A stretch of DNA of 64,000 bases from Cyanobacteria bacterium J06626_4 (GTDB lineage Bacteria; Cyanobacteriota; Cyanobacteriia; Phormidesmidales; Phormidesmidaceae), in the NCBI GenBank assembly GCA_038523235.1, contig JBCBJQ010000011.1, forward strand, positions 1 to 64,000, in the 5' to 3' direction. Shown here piece after piece: positions 1-9,636 of the stretch (positions are counted from its first letter, which is position 1; each line of letters starts with the position of its first letter). The notes beneath the pieces are model-generated. The model was not told the DNA's origin, searched no databases, and saw only the letters and a list, made by a program, of their open reading frames with translations. The position numbers and the translations under genes were made by a program.

Positions 1-568
1 AAAGAGATGGATTTCACCTTTGCCAATTCTAGGATGAACTTTTATATAACTTTCAAAGCCGTCACAATAACGATCTGTGCCGATTTTTTGCGCCATTTCA
101 TTGTGAAGTTCTTGCTGGTTGCTGACAGAGAAGAAAGTTGTCATTTGTTTAGCTCATCGCTATGCTACATCCGGTTTGCAATCTACTTGCATGATTGTTC
201 TCAGCCCCATAGGCATAAATGAGCGGGCGGCACCTTGCAATGCTTTAAGCCCACCCTTGACCGCCATGTCAACGTGGCCAAGCTAAGTTACCAGTTGCCT
301 AGCGTTAGGCTAATAGGACTGCTGGAAGCTACAGGAAAACATCAGTGACTTGTCTAGGAAGAACAAGGGAATAGAGAAATTCGCGCAAGGATTGCTCTGT
401 GATATCTTCAGAAATCGTTTGTCCCTCAATTATTCCTCGACGGACACTAGATGTATGGGGAGCGCTTTTGGTCTTTCGACGGTGTGCTTCATCACACTGT
501 TGCCTACCCTAATTCTTAGTCTTGACGCTGCACTAGTGGTTTAAACCGATCGCTCAGGGTAATTGCTG

Positions 569-1525
569 CTAAGAATGATCCCAGTCGGGACGGAAGCCTT
601 TGCGGGAATTGAGGAAGCGATCGATCGCCATCGCTGCCACGCAGCCATCGCCCGCAGCGACGACCGCCTGCTTAAACGGGGTATTGCGAATATCGCCAGC
701 GGCCCAAACGCCCTCGACACTTGTCGCCATGAGCTCATTGACCTGCACTCCGCCGTCAGGATTCAGCGCCACCTGATCGCTGAGGAAGTCAGTGATGGGT
801 TTAGAGCCATTTTGGTACAAGAACACCCCTTCGACCGGTAAGGGGATGGGGGCTTTCATATGCTTGGGTTTAACTTGGATGCCAGTGACTCCCATCTCAC
901 CTCCCTCGATATGTAACAAGCGAGAACGGCTCCAGTGTTTGACATTCGAGAGTGACAATAGATCTTGCACATGGGGATCTGCGGTGGGCGGATCTTTGAA
1001 GGTGATGAGATGGACCGTAGAGGCAAATTTGGTCAACACTTGAGCTTCTTCGATCGCCTCTGGGTTGGCACCAATTACCGCTACTTCGCGATCGCGATAA
1101 AACGCCCCGTCGCAGGTGGCACAGTAGCTCACACCCCGCCCCAAAAACTCTGATTCTCCTTTGAAGGATGCCGTCCGCCCCATCGCCCCTGTGGCCAATA
1201 CCAAGGCGCGGCCTTTGAAAGTGCCTTCGGGGGTGTAAACCGTTTTGTGATCGCCTGACACATCAATGCCAAAGACCTGACCGCGACGATAATCAGTCCC
1301 AAACGTGACGGCCTGCTCACGCATAATCGTGAGCAAGTCTTCACCACTCATATCGACCGGCACACCGGGATAATTGGCAATTTTATGCGTAATGGCGAGG
1401 GCTCCCACAGCCGGATTTTTATCTAGAATGACCGTTTTAAGATCGGCTCGTGAGGTATAGAGCGCGCAGGTGCATCCGGCCGGCCCACCCCCGATAATGA
1501 CGACATCAAATTCAAACGTTTCCAC
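569..1525 (-). CDS. trxB: Thioredoxin-reductase-family flavoprotein, probably NADPH-independent DTR/FFTR2 type
   Basis: GGGPAG FAD motif, CATC redox motif and GD motif are present. The GGGxxA and HRRxxxR NADPH motifs are replaced by GANPEA and TFKDPP. The C-terminal tail is FRPDW. Confidence 0.85.
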   Translation of the reverse strand: METFEFDVVIIGGGPAGCTCALYTSRADLKTVILDKNPAVGALAITHKIANYPGVPVDMSGEDLLTIMREQAVTFGTDYRRGQVFGIDVSGDHKTVYTPEGTFKGRALVLATGAMGRTASFKGESEFLGRGVSYCATCDGAFYRDREVAVIGANPEAIEEAQVLTKFASTVHLITFKDPPTADPHVQDLLSLSNVKHWSRSRLLHIEGGEMGVTGIQVKPKHMKAPIPLPVEGVFLYQNGSKPITDFLSDQVALNPDGGVQVNELMATSVEGVWAAGDIRNTPFKQAVVAAGDGCVAAMAIDRFLNSRKGFRPDWDHS

Positions 1526-1724
1526 AATGACGATCTCCTATTGACGGACTAAACGGGGTAAATAAAAAGGGGGCAAGGGGACTGGCGTCAGGTGCCGGGG
1601 GGGCGGGCTCAGAGCTGCCGGGAGCGATGGGTAGAGGGTGCAAGGTACAGGAGGCGTGTCTGAACCGTGGCACCTTGAACTTTGCCTCTAAAACCTTGAG
1701 CCCAAAACCGAGAAATCCGCCATT

Positions 1725-1743
1725 CTCAAGAAATAATCTCAAT
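1725..1743 (-). promoter_or_regulatory. Fur-like box overlapping the isiC stop codon, upstream of trxB
   Basis: Minus strand ATTGAGATTATTTCTTGAG, 13/18 match to the palindrome ATTGAGAATNATTCTCAAT. Confidence 0.4.
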
Positions 1744-2469
1744 CAAGGGAGCACCGGTCACCGTTGAGGCTGTCTGTTGCCAAAAATCTAAAATGATCGG
1801 GCTGGTTTGGGGCGCATGGGTGTAGTGAAAGAAGTGACGTCCTGCAGGACAAGTCCAGAGGCGATCGCCGGAGTTCAGCCAGGTTTGCCAACGGCTGTGG
1901 GCGTTGGGGTCAATGATTGCGTCATGGGCTCCATTGCAAACCAACAGCGGCACGTCTACCCCACCGGGCGCAAAGCGATGGTGAGCCGCTAATGAATGGG
2001 GCGTCAGTTCGCGATCTAAGATCTGCTCTAACAGCTTGGCCAAGGCAGCCATTTGCGTTGAATTCCGACAGCCAAATAGCAGATTAGCCATCTGCATCAA
2101 AATCATCTGGCGATCGCAGGGCAAGCGATTTCGCAAGGCGTAGTAGTGGGCGTGCCAGCTGACTGCCGGATTGCCGCCCACCGAGAGCAGCGTCAAAGAC
2201 TTGACCCGAGACGGATGCAGCCGGGCATACAGAAGGCCTACTGCACCACTGAGACCATGACCAATGAGGTGAAGTGGCTGTGGTTGCCGCTGTAGGTAAT
2301 CATCCAATAGGTCTAGGGCCGTTTGCATGCAGCAGGGCTCATCCTGAGTTTGTTGATAGCTCCAGTAGTGAATGTCGACTTGCCGACTCAGCAGTTGACA
2401 CAAGCGCTGGTCGAAGTGCCTCAGGCTGGGGTTAACACCCAACCAAAGGGTTTCGGGAGAATGGGGCAT
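1726..2469 (-). CDS. isiC: IsiC-like alpha/beta-fold hydrolase
   Basis: HLIGHGLSG elbow region, RVKSLTLLSVG, GAHDAII and GRHFFH; divergent from the isiA cluster. Confidence 0.65.
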   Translation of the reverse strand: MPHSPETLWLGVNPSLRHFDQRLCQLLSRQVDIHYWSYQQTQDEPCCMQTALDLLDDYLQRQPQPLHLIGHGLSGAVGLLYARLHPSRVKSLTLLSVGGNPAVSWHAHYYALRNRLPCDRQMILMQMANLLFGCRNSTQMAALAKLLEQILDRELTPHSLAAHHRFAPGGVDVPLLVCNGAHDAIIDPNAHSRWQTWLNSGDRLWTCPAGRHFFHYTHAPQTSPIILDFWQQTASTVTGAPLIEIIS

Positions 2470-2866
2470 AACGATTCATCACATGACACTGTTCATGAAA
2501 AGTTGAGCAGGGGCTAACCCACCGGTTAGAGGGTTCATCTAGGGGCTTCACCGCTACTGCACATAAGACAATCAGTTGAGATCTTATATCATTAAGCACA
2601 GATTTATTGAGATCTGTTGGCATTTAATGAATTGATTCACAGTTTTTTGAAACGTCGTCAAACCCTTGCTTAAGCCTTTGATCAATTTAAGCCGCCCCTA
2701 GAGAAATTGAGCGGCAAACTCGCTTGATCCAGGAGTCGACTAGCCTAAAATCTGGGCAAAAAGGGCTTTATTCACGGTTTCATACCCTTCAAACAGAGTC
2801 AACCCCAACTGCCCGCTAATTTATTGCCGTCAATTTAAATCCTCAATATAAGTTAATGATTGACTT

Positions 2867-2921
2867 ATTGAGAAAAATTCCGAAGTATGTTGAAATCAGT
2901 TTGATGAGAATTGAAGTCAAT
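2867..2921 (+). promoter_or_regulatory. Two Fur-like boxes upstream of the isiA operon
   Basis: ATTGAGAAAAATTCCGAAG (2867-2885, 14/18) and GATGAGAATTGAAGTCAAT (2903-2921, 12/18) flank a TATGTT -10 candidate. Confidence 0.6.
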
Positions 2922-3012
2922 AAGAAGGTAAGTGGCTAGAGCGGCGATTTGGAGTAGCTCGACTGTTCTGCGTGCTTCAGCCACTTCTACGGCCTGATAA
3001 AAAGGAGCTGCT

Positions 3013-4083
3013 ATGACCAACGGACTCTTTTGGACGCCATTGATGCGATCACTCGGGTGGTCTTACAAGACCACTGCCGACGTCGGTGCGCCCCTGCTGG
3101 CGGGCAACATCCGCTTTAAGGATCTCTCTGGGCGACTGCTGGGGGCGCATGTGGCCCATGCCGGGCTGATTGTGCTGTGGGCCGGAGCCATGACGCTGTT
3201 TGAGTTGTCGCGGTTTGACCCCAGTCTGCCGATGTACGACCAAAATCTGATTTTGCTGCCGCACCTCGCCGCACTGGGGATTGGCGTCGGCGAGGGTGGC
3301 CTGGTAGTTGATACCTATCCCTACTACGCGATCGCCATGGGGCATCTCATCAGTTCTGCTGTGCTGGGGGCTGGTGGGATTTATCACGCGGTGCTGGGGC
3401 CAGAACGGCTGAATAGCCAGGGTTTTGGCTATGACTGGCAAGACGGCGACAAAATGACCAGCATTTTGGGCATTCACCTCGTGATGTTGGGGATGGGAGC
3501 GCTGTTGCTGGTGCTGAAAGCAACTCAGTTTGGCGGCATTTACGATCCGCTGGTTGATCAGGTGCGGTTGGTGGAGCCCAATCTCGATCCGGGCCGCATC
3601 TTTGGTTATCTGTTTGGCATCAGTCCTCACGGCTGGACGATTACCGGCATGGCCAGTGTCGATAATTTGGAAGACGTCATTGGCGGGCATGTCTGGGTTG
3701 GGGTGCTCTGCATTGGCGGTGGCATTTTTCACATTGCCACTAAACCATTTGCCTGGGCCAAAGCCCGATTGGTGTGGTCAGGTGAAGCCTATCTCTCTTA
3801 TAGCTTAGGGGCGCTGGCGATCGCGGGGTTCAGCGTGGCCGTCTTTGTCTCGGTCAACGAAGTGGCCTATCCCACCGTGTTCTACGGCCCCATCGGCGGC
3901 ACCGAGACATCCGTTCGCGCCGCGTTGGCCAGTGTCCACGCCACCTTAGGCTCGCTCGCGCTGCTGGGGCACCTCTGGCACGCCTATCGATCGCTCAGTG
4001 TGTCGCTGGGCAGTACCCGTGGCACTTTCTTTGACGTCCTCGCGAATCGCCAAAATGTGGCGGGCATTACGGCCGGCGGCTAG
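3013..4083 (+). CDS. isiA: IsiA/Pcb-family chlorophyll-binding antenna protein
   Basis: [42 protein letters not shown] and GHLWHA; AAGGAG RBS. Confidence 0.92.
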   Translation: MTNGLFWTPLMRSLGWSYKTTADVGAPLLAGNIRFKDLSGRLLGAHVAHAGLIVLWAGAMTLFELSRFDPSLPMYDQNLILLPHLAALGIGVGEGGLVVDTYPYYAIAMGHLISSAVLGAGGIYHAVLGPERLNSQGFGYDWQDGDKMTSILGIHLVMLGMGALLLVLKATQFGGIYDPLVDQVRLVEPNLDPGRIFGYLFGISPHGWTITGMASVDNLEDVIGGHVWVGVLCIGGGIFHIATKPFAWAKARLVWSGEAYLSYSLGALAIAGFSVAVFVSVNEVAYPTVFYGPIGGTETSVRAALASVHATLGSLALLGHLWHAYRSLSVSLGSTRGTFFDVLANRQNVAGITAGG

Positions 4084-4114
4084 GTGGAGTTGGTGGCTGG
4101 GTATGAGGGTGCTA

Positions 4115-4136
4115 GGTGCAGGGCTTTCCTTGAACC
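4115..4136 (+). repeat. 22-bp intergenic repeat, copy 1 (copy 2 at 7710-7731)
   Basis: GGTGCAGGGCTTTCCTTGAACC is identical at both sites. Confidence 0.8.
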
Positions 4137-4239
4137 TTAAACCTCCCGTTACCCTCACACTCTTTCACCCTCACACTCTTCTTCCACTCTTCCACCATTG
4201 CTCTCTCAAAAAAAATCATCTCTAAGGAGGACTATTGTG

Positions 4240-5280
4240 ATGGCAGTTGCCACAGACAATATCAATACTGACATTCCATTTCGGGCGGGTAATGCCCGGC
4301 TTACCGACCTATCAGGTCGACTATTGGGGGCGCACGTAGCCCACGCGGGCCTGATCGTTTTCTGGGCAGGCGCGATTACCCTGTTCGAACTCAATCGTTT
4401 AGATCCATCGCTGACGATGGCTGACCAGGGCTTGATCTTGTTGCCCAACCTGGCCCGTTTAGGCATTGGTGTTGGTGCCGGGGGCCAAGTCATTGATACC
4501 TATCCCTACTTTGTTATTGGCGCCTTGCACTTAATCAGTTCGGCGTTTTTAGGAGCCGGTGGCATCTTCCACGCTCTGTTTGGGCCAGCCAAGCTGGAAG
4601 GCAAGTTTAACTTCTTTGGCTACCGCTGGGATGACACCAACAAGATGACCGACATCTTGGGCATTCATCTCACCTTGTTAGGGGTGGGAGCCTTCTTGTT
4701 GGTGGCCAAGGCCATGTATTTTGGGGGGCTCTATGACCCGATCGCCCAAGACGTCCGCGTCATTACCAATCCCACGTTGAATCCGGCCACGATTTTTGGC
4801 TACCTGTTTGGCACTGAGGGACGCTTCTGGATTGCGGGCGTGGACACCCTGGAAGACGTCATCGGCGGCCATATCTGGGTCGGGGCCATGCTGATTGGGG
4901 GCGGTATCTGGCACATTCTCACCCAGCCGCTGCCCTGGACTAAACCGCTCTTTGTCTGGTCGGGTGAAGCCTACCTGTCTTACAGCGTTGGGGCTGTGGC
5001 CTTAATGTCCTTTGTGGCGACGCTGTTTGTGTCGGTCAACTCATTGGTATTTCCCACCGAGTTTTTTGGCCCCACGCTGGGTCTAGCCTTCGATCGCTTC
5101 CCCGTGTTTGTCAGCCCTGATGGGGTGGCAACTAACCGGGTGTGGTTAGCCAATACGCAATTCTGGCTCGGCTTCTTCTTTTTGCAGGGGCACATCTTCC
5201 ACGCCTTGCGCGCCGCTGGCTACAGCTTTAAAGAAGGCCGGGTGCTCGAATCAACTCGTGGGGAGGTGGGCGCATCATGA
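4240..5280 (+). CDS. isiA: IsiA/Pcb-family chlorophyll-binding antenna protein
   Basis: [30 protein letters not shown] and GHIFHALR; start taken at the ATG after AAGGAGG. Confidence 0.92.
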   Translation: MAVATDNINTDIPFRAGNARLTDLSGRLLGAHVAHAGLIVFWAGAITLFELNRLDPSLTMADQGLILLPNLARLGIGVGAGGQVIDTYPYFVIGALHLISSAFLGAGGIFHALFGPAKLEGKFNFFGYRWDDTNKMTDILGIHLTLLGVGAFLLVAKAMYFGGLYDPIAQDVRVITNPTLNPATIFGYLFGTEGRFWIAGVDTLEDVIGGHIWVGAMLIGGGIWHILTQPLPWTKPLFVWSGEAYLSYSVGAVALMSFVATLFVSVNSLVFPTEFFGPTLGLAFDRFPVFVSPDGVATNRVWLANTQFWLGFFFLQGHIFHALRAAGYSFKEGRVLESTRGEVGAS

Positions 5281-6839
5281 CGGTGACTCAAGCTAATCCA
5301 CTGAAACCCCTCGGTTTCACCACCGATGAAGCCGATCCGAATGCGTATGTCGCTCAATCCCTTGATCCTTATTCTTGGTGGGCCGGTAACTTTCGCTTTG
5401 TCGACCTCTCGGGCAAGCTGCTCGGGGCTCACATTGCCCACGCGGGGCTGATTGTGCTCTGGGCAGGCGCGATGACGCTGTTCGAGCTATCGCGATTCAA
5501 TCCCGGTTTGCCGATGTCTGACCAGGGTCTAATTTTGCTGCCCCATTTGGCAACCTTGGGCATTGGCGTCGGGGCCAACGGCGTCATTGTCGATACCTAT
5601 CCCTATTTTGTGATTGGGGTCGTGCATCTGGTGAGCTCTGCCGTTTTGGGGGCCGGTGGCGTTTACCATGCGGTCTTGGGGCCAGAAAAACTTGACCCCA
5701 AAGGCTTTGGCTACAGCTGGGCCGATCGCCGCAAAATGACCACCATTCTTGGCATCCACCTGGTGCTGCTGGGAGTGGGGGCGCTGTTGTTGGTGATCAA
5801 AGCGGCGTTTGTGGGCGGGCTGTATGACCCCGCGATCGCCGATGTTCGCCTCGTAACCCAACCAACGTTCAATCCCCTGCGCATCTTTGGCTATGTCGTC
5901 GGCATCACCCCTGACGGTTGGACGTTGCAGGGCATGGCCGCCGTCAACAATTTAGAAGATGTGGTCGGCGGTCATGTGTGGATTGGCGCGATCTGCATTT
6001 TGGGCGGCATCTGGCATATTCAAACCGAGCCCACCAAATGGGCGCAAGGGCTGTTCGTCTGGTCGGGCGAGGCGTATCTGGCCTACAGTCAGGCAGCGAT
6101 CGCCTATATGGGCTTCTTTGCCGCCTACTTCGTCTGGGTCAACAGCACGGTCTATCCCGAAGTGTTTTATGGCCCCGTTGCCACCACGACGGTGGATGGG
6201 GTGATTACGCCTCGCACCTGGCTAATGCTGTTTCAGGCGATTTTTGCCAGTTTGCTGTTGGCAGGTCATTTTTGGCATGGGCTGCGATCGCGGGCGATCG
6301 CGGCGGGCTATAACTTCAGTCAAATGAAGTTCAATTCGGGGGCGATGTACGGCGAGAGCCAGTTCAACAGTCAGCCGTTGTTTGAGGGGATTATGCAGCC
6401 ACCTCAAAACAATCCGCAAATTGGCATGTTGAACACCCCCATTAGTGCCAGCCCGCTGACTCAAACGTGGCTCAAAAATCTGCCGATTTACCGCTCGGGT
6501 CTGCCCGCGATCGCGCGTGGCCTCGAGATTGGCATGGCCCACGGGTACCTGCTATTAGGGCCATTCCTCAAACTTGGCCCCCTTCGCAATTCTGATCAAG
6601 CTCTCCTTGCCGGAATCGGTGGTGCATCTGGACTAGTGGTGATTCTCAGCGTTTGTCTCTTTATCTACGGCGGCGCAGTCTTCCAAGGTCGAACGAAGCC
6701 GAGAGGCAACCTGCCTGAAAACCTCAAAACGTATCAAGACTGGAGCCTCTTTACCTCGGGCTTTTTGGTCGGGGGTGTGGGCGGCGTGGTCTTTGCCAGC
6801 TTCATTCTCTTCGAGATTGGGCGCTCAGGGCTTGGGTGA
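5277..6839 (+). CDS. isiA: IsiA-PsaL fusion protein
   Basis: IsiA domain (WWAGNFRF...GHFWHGLR) followed by a PsaL-like domain ([32 protein letters not shown]). ATGA overlap with the upstream gene. Confidence 0.9.
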   Translation: MTVTQANPLKPLGFTTDEADPNAYVAQSLDPYSWWAGNFRFVDLSGKLLGAHIAHAGLIVLWAGAMTLFELSRFNPGLPMSDQGLILLPHLATLGIGVGANGVIVDTYPYFVIGVVHLVSSAVLGAGGVYHAVLGPEKLDPKGFGYSWADRRKMTTILGIHLVLLGVGALLLVIKAAFVGGLYDPAIADVRLVTQPTFNPLRIFGYVVGITPDGWTLQGMAAVNNLEDVVGGHVWIGAICILGGIWHIQTEPTKWAQGLFVWSGEAYLAYSQAAIAYMGFFAAYFVWVNSTVYPEVFYGPVATTTVDGVITPRTWLMLFQAIFASLLLAGHFWHGLRSRAIAAGYNFSQMKFNSGAMYGESQFNSQPLFEGIMQPPQNNPQIGMLNTPISASPLTQTWLKNLPIYRSGLPAIARGLEIGMAHGYLLLGPFLKLGPLRNSDQALLAGIGGASGLVVILSVCLFIYGGAVFQGRTKPRGNLPENLKTYQDWSLFTSGFLVGGVGGVVFASFILFEIGRSGLG

Positions 6840-6981
6840 CGAGTGATTGATGATGGGGTAACCGAGCAATGGTTCAGCGTATGACAAGCGGTTGCTTAGC
6901 TGGTCATGCGAATGCTCTGGGACTCTCCTACCCCATCATCTTTTTTTCTGGGCCGCAGTAATCCTATAAAAAAATTGAACA

Positions 6982-7692
6982 ATGACAATTCCTTTACTCA
7001 CGTATGCTCCCTCCAGTCAAAACCAGCGGGTCTCGGGCTTTGAGGTGCCGGGTGACGAACAGCGGCAATTACCGACCCAAGCTGATTTACCCGCCGCCAC
7101 CGAAATGGATGACATCATTCGGGCGGCCTATCGACAGATTTTTAACGAGCAGCAGATGCTTGTTGCCCATCGACAAGTGGCCCTAGAGTCACAATTACGC
7201 AATGGGCAAATGACCAGCCGTGATTTCATCCGGGGCCTAGTGTTGTCTGACTCGTTTCGACGGCTCAATTACGACACCAATAGTAATTATCGATTCGTGG
7301 AACTGTGTATTCAACGTGTGCTAGGGCGATCGCCCTACAACGAGCAGGAAAAACTGGCCTGGTCGATTGTCTTAGCCACCAAAGGACTGCAGGGTTTTGT
7401 CGATGAACTGCTTAACACCGACGAATATCTGACGACTTTTGGTGACTACACGGTGCCTTATCAGCGGCGGCGCATTTTGCCCCAGCACGATACGGGAGAA
7501 CTCCCCTTTGCGCGGATGGCTCGCTATGACCGCTATCATCGCGATCAGCTCTATCGGTCAGGACAATTGCGGCGGTTTGGCAACGGCGTTGACGATAGCA
7601 GTGCGGAGGTCTATCGCAAAGTGCTGCTGTTTATCCCCACGGCGGCGGCGGCTTTGTTGGTGGCGACCTTGTTATTGGTGACCTCGGTTTAA
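6982..7692 (+). CDS. cpcL: Phycobilisome rod-membrane linker CpcL (CpcG-type domain with hydrophobic C-terminal anchor)
   Basis: [24 protein letters not shown] and VPYQRRR; hydrophobic C-terminus [20 protein letters not shown]. Confidence 0.85.
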   Translation: MTIPLLTYAPSSQNQRVSGFEVPGDEQRQLPTQADLPAATEMDDIIRAAYRQIFNEQQMLVAHRQVALESQLRNGQMTSRDFIRGLVLSDSFRRLNYDTNSNYRFVELCIQRVLGRSPYNEQEKLAWSIVLATKGLQGFVDELLNTDEYLTTFGDYTVPYQRRRILPQHDTGELPFARMARYDRYHRDQLYRSGQLRRFGNGVDDSSAEVYRKVLLFIPTAAAALLVATLLLVTSV

Positions 7693-7709
7693 TCAGGTTC
7701 AAGGTTTTG

Positions 7710-7731
7710 GGTGCAGGGCTTTCCTTGAACC
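7710..7731 (+). repeat. 22-bp intergenic repeat, copy 2
   Basis: Identical to 4115-4136. Confidence 0.8.
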
Positions 7732-7819
7732 CGGCACCCAAAGCCTAATACCCTACACCTCCTATTCATCCACGCCCCATATCCACGAAAATATCTCACT
7801 TTATATCTGGAGTCTTTTA

Positions 7820-8008
7820 ATGAATTCCTCTGTTGATCATTCTGTTAATGATGCGTTGGTCCAGTTAGAGGGCGAGTCAAACGCTATCACGAAAGCTGAA
7901 GCTGAAGTTGAACAGCCGCTGAGTTTCCCATACCAGGCCGAAATTTGGAGTGGACGATTTGCCATGCTCGGCTTGACGACTGTCGCGATGGCGATCGCGT
8001 TGACGTAG
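7820..8008 (+). CDS. High-light-inducible / small CAB-like one-helix protein (atypical)
   Basis: AEIWSGRFAMLG resembles ExWNGRxAMxG; GGAG RBS upstream. Confidence 0.7.
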   Translation: MNSSVDHSVNDALVQLEGESNAITKAEAEVEQPLSFPYQAEIWSGRFAMLGLTTVAMAIALT

Positions 8009-8050
8009 ATCCACCTTGTTACCCGTACTCGTTTCACTAGGGCGGTAATG

Positions 8051-8088
8051 TGAGGAGCCGTGAAATCAATTGATTTCACGGCTCCTCA
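8051..8088. repeat. Perfect 38-bp palindrome (hairpin or terminator-like)
   Basis: TGAGGAGCCGTGAAATCAA|TTGATTTCACGGCTCCTCA. Confidence 0.9.
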
Positions 8089-8395
8089 AGTTTTGGTGTC
8101 ATTTGAACGCGCCATGATGCCGAGGATGGCGGTGCTCTATCCCTTTGTGGCGATCGCCATGATGCTCATCGATCGCTGCGGCCACCTCTACCGCCCCCTA
8201 CGCACAGTGGAATCGGCACTTCAACCCGTGAGCCGGGTGCCCATCTAACTCCTACGGCTTTTATCGTCATGAACTTGGGTCGCGCTAGGCAGCCGACCCA
8301 AGGCTTAGAAAAGGCAAAAGATCGCCTGTCTTGAGCGCAGTCGCCCAGCAAGCAAAAGTGTCAGAATGAGCGTGTTCGTTACGGTTGCAAAGATC

Positions 8396-9598
8396 ATGCG
8401 ATTGCTTTCCATCGAAACGACCCCTAGCCCCAACTGCATCAAGCTCAACTTAGATGAGAGTGTTAGCGATAAAGCATTGACCCTGCAGCAAGGCAGCCCG
8501 GCCCCCAATGCACCTGAGTGGATGCAGCAAGTGCTGGCCATTGAAGCGGTGCAATCCGTCTTTGTGATCAAAGATTTCATCACGCTGACGCGCCAAGGCA
8601 GTGCTGATTGGCAGCCCATTCTCGCTCAGGCTGCGGATTTGATTGGTGTCGCCGCCAATGCTGACTCCAAGCTACTCGCCCAGGTGACTCAGCTCCATCA
8701 ATCGACCCAGAAGGTGGCGAGTGCGCCCTCGACCAGTGCCAGTTTGGGCCAGTTAGACGTGGCCGTGCAGGTATTTCGGGGGATTCCTGTGCAGGTGCGG
8801 GCGATCGCCCCCGACGGCCAACAGGCCCGAGTGGCTCTCCCCGAGCGCTTTGCTCAGACCCTACAGCGAGCCATTACGGCCACCGAGGCAGATTATGTGG
8901 CCGAGCGCCGCTGGGAGCCCTATCAAGCCCCGGCAGGTGAACCGGCTCAGGTCGCTCAGCTCGTCGCCGATGAAATCGACAGCCTACTCGATGCTCAAGC
9001 GCTCGCCCAACTGGCAACGGCGGCCATCAGCGATCGCTCCGAGCCCCTACCCGCCGACAGCCCCGCCCATCAGCAAGCACTGATCGCGGAGCTGAGCCAC
9101 CCCGACTGGAAACATCGCCTTAAGGCACTGCAGCAGCTAGACGTCACCTCTGCCAATCTTGCAGCAGTCGTCGCCGTCCTCGACGATGAAAAAAGTACGA
9201 TTCGCCGCTGGGCAGCGGCACTGCTGGGAGCCAGTACCTTAGAGGCAGCGGTGGAGCCCCTGGGCGTTCTGGTCCGGCAAGACCCTTCGGCCATTGTGCG
9301 CCGCACCGCAGGCGATGCCCTGAGCGACATTGGTAGCCCGCGGGCCATGCCCCCCATGCTCGCAGCGCTGATCGATCCCTCTAAGCTAGTGCGCTGGCGG
9401 GCGGCTCGATTTTTGACTGAAATGGGTGACCTGATGGCGGTTGAGCCGCTGCGTCAAGCGGTTGAGCAGGAATCTGAGTTTGATGTCAAAGTCGAGATGA
9501 TAACAGCCCTAGAGCGGATCGAAGCTGGGGGAGATACTCAGATGCCGATGTGGATGCGGCTGACCCAGAAGGCCAATGTTGAGAGTTATTCCCAATAA
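8396..9598 (+). CDS. Nfu_N + virulence-factor + HEAT-repeat protein (CvfC/YpgR-like)
   Basis: SIETTPSPNCIKL at the N-terminus, FRGIPVQVR, HEAT repeats (VRRTAGDALSD, VRWRAARFL) and C-terminal PMWMRL. Confidence 0.75.
   Translation: MRLLSIETTPSPNCIKLNLDESVSDKALTLQQGSPAPNAPEWMQQVLAIEAVQSVFVIKDFITLTRQGSADWQPILAQAADLIGVAANADSKLLAQVTQLHQSTQKVASAPSTSASLGQLDVAVQVFRGIPVQVRAIAPDGQQARVALPERFAQTLQRAITATEADYVAERRWEPYQAPAGEPAQVAQLVADEIDSLLDAQALAQLATAAISDRSEPLPADSPAHQQALIAELSHPDWKHRLKALQQLDVTSANLAAVVAVLDDEKSTIRRWAAALLGASTLEAAVEPLGVLVRQDPSAIVRRTAGDALSDIGSPRAMPPMLAALIDPSKLVRWRAARFLTEMGDLMAVEPLRQAVEQESEFDVKVEMITALERIEAGGDTQMPMWMRLTQKANVESYSQ
9578..9596 (+). promoter_or_regulatory. Fur-like box in the last codons of the upstream gene, before araC1
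   Basis: GTTGAGAGTTATTCCCAAT (15/18), followed by an AATACT -10 candidate. Confidence 0.6.
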
Positions 9599-9636
9599 TG
9601 CAATACTTGACTAAAGTGTTTTAAGGCCAGGGCGGC

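Noticed and set aside
1..568. Short ORFs 7-222 and 350-544
   Set aside because: No recognisable motifs or RBS; probably intergenic or upstream of a gene outside the window.
3013..7692. Low-light isiX-apcD4-apcB3 cluster
   Set aside because: No allophycocyanin genes are present; Fur-like boxes and uptake genes point to iron stress.
7837..8248. Two ORFs both starting MKSIDFTAP
   Set aside because: An artefact of the 38-bp palindrome; the remaining sequences do not look like real proteins.
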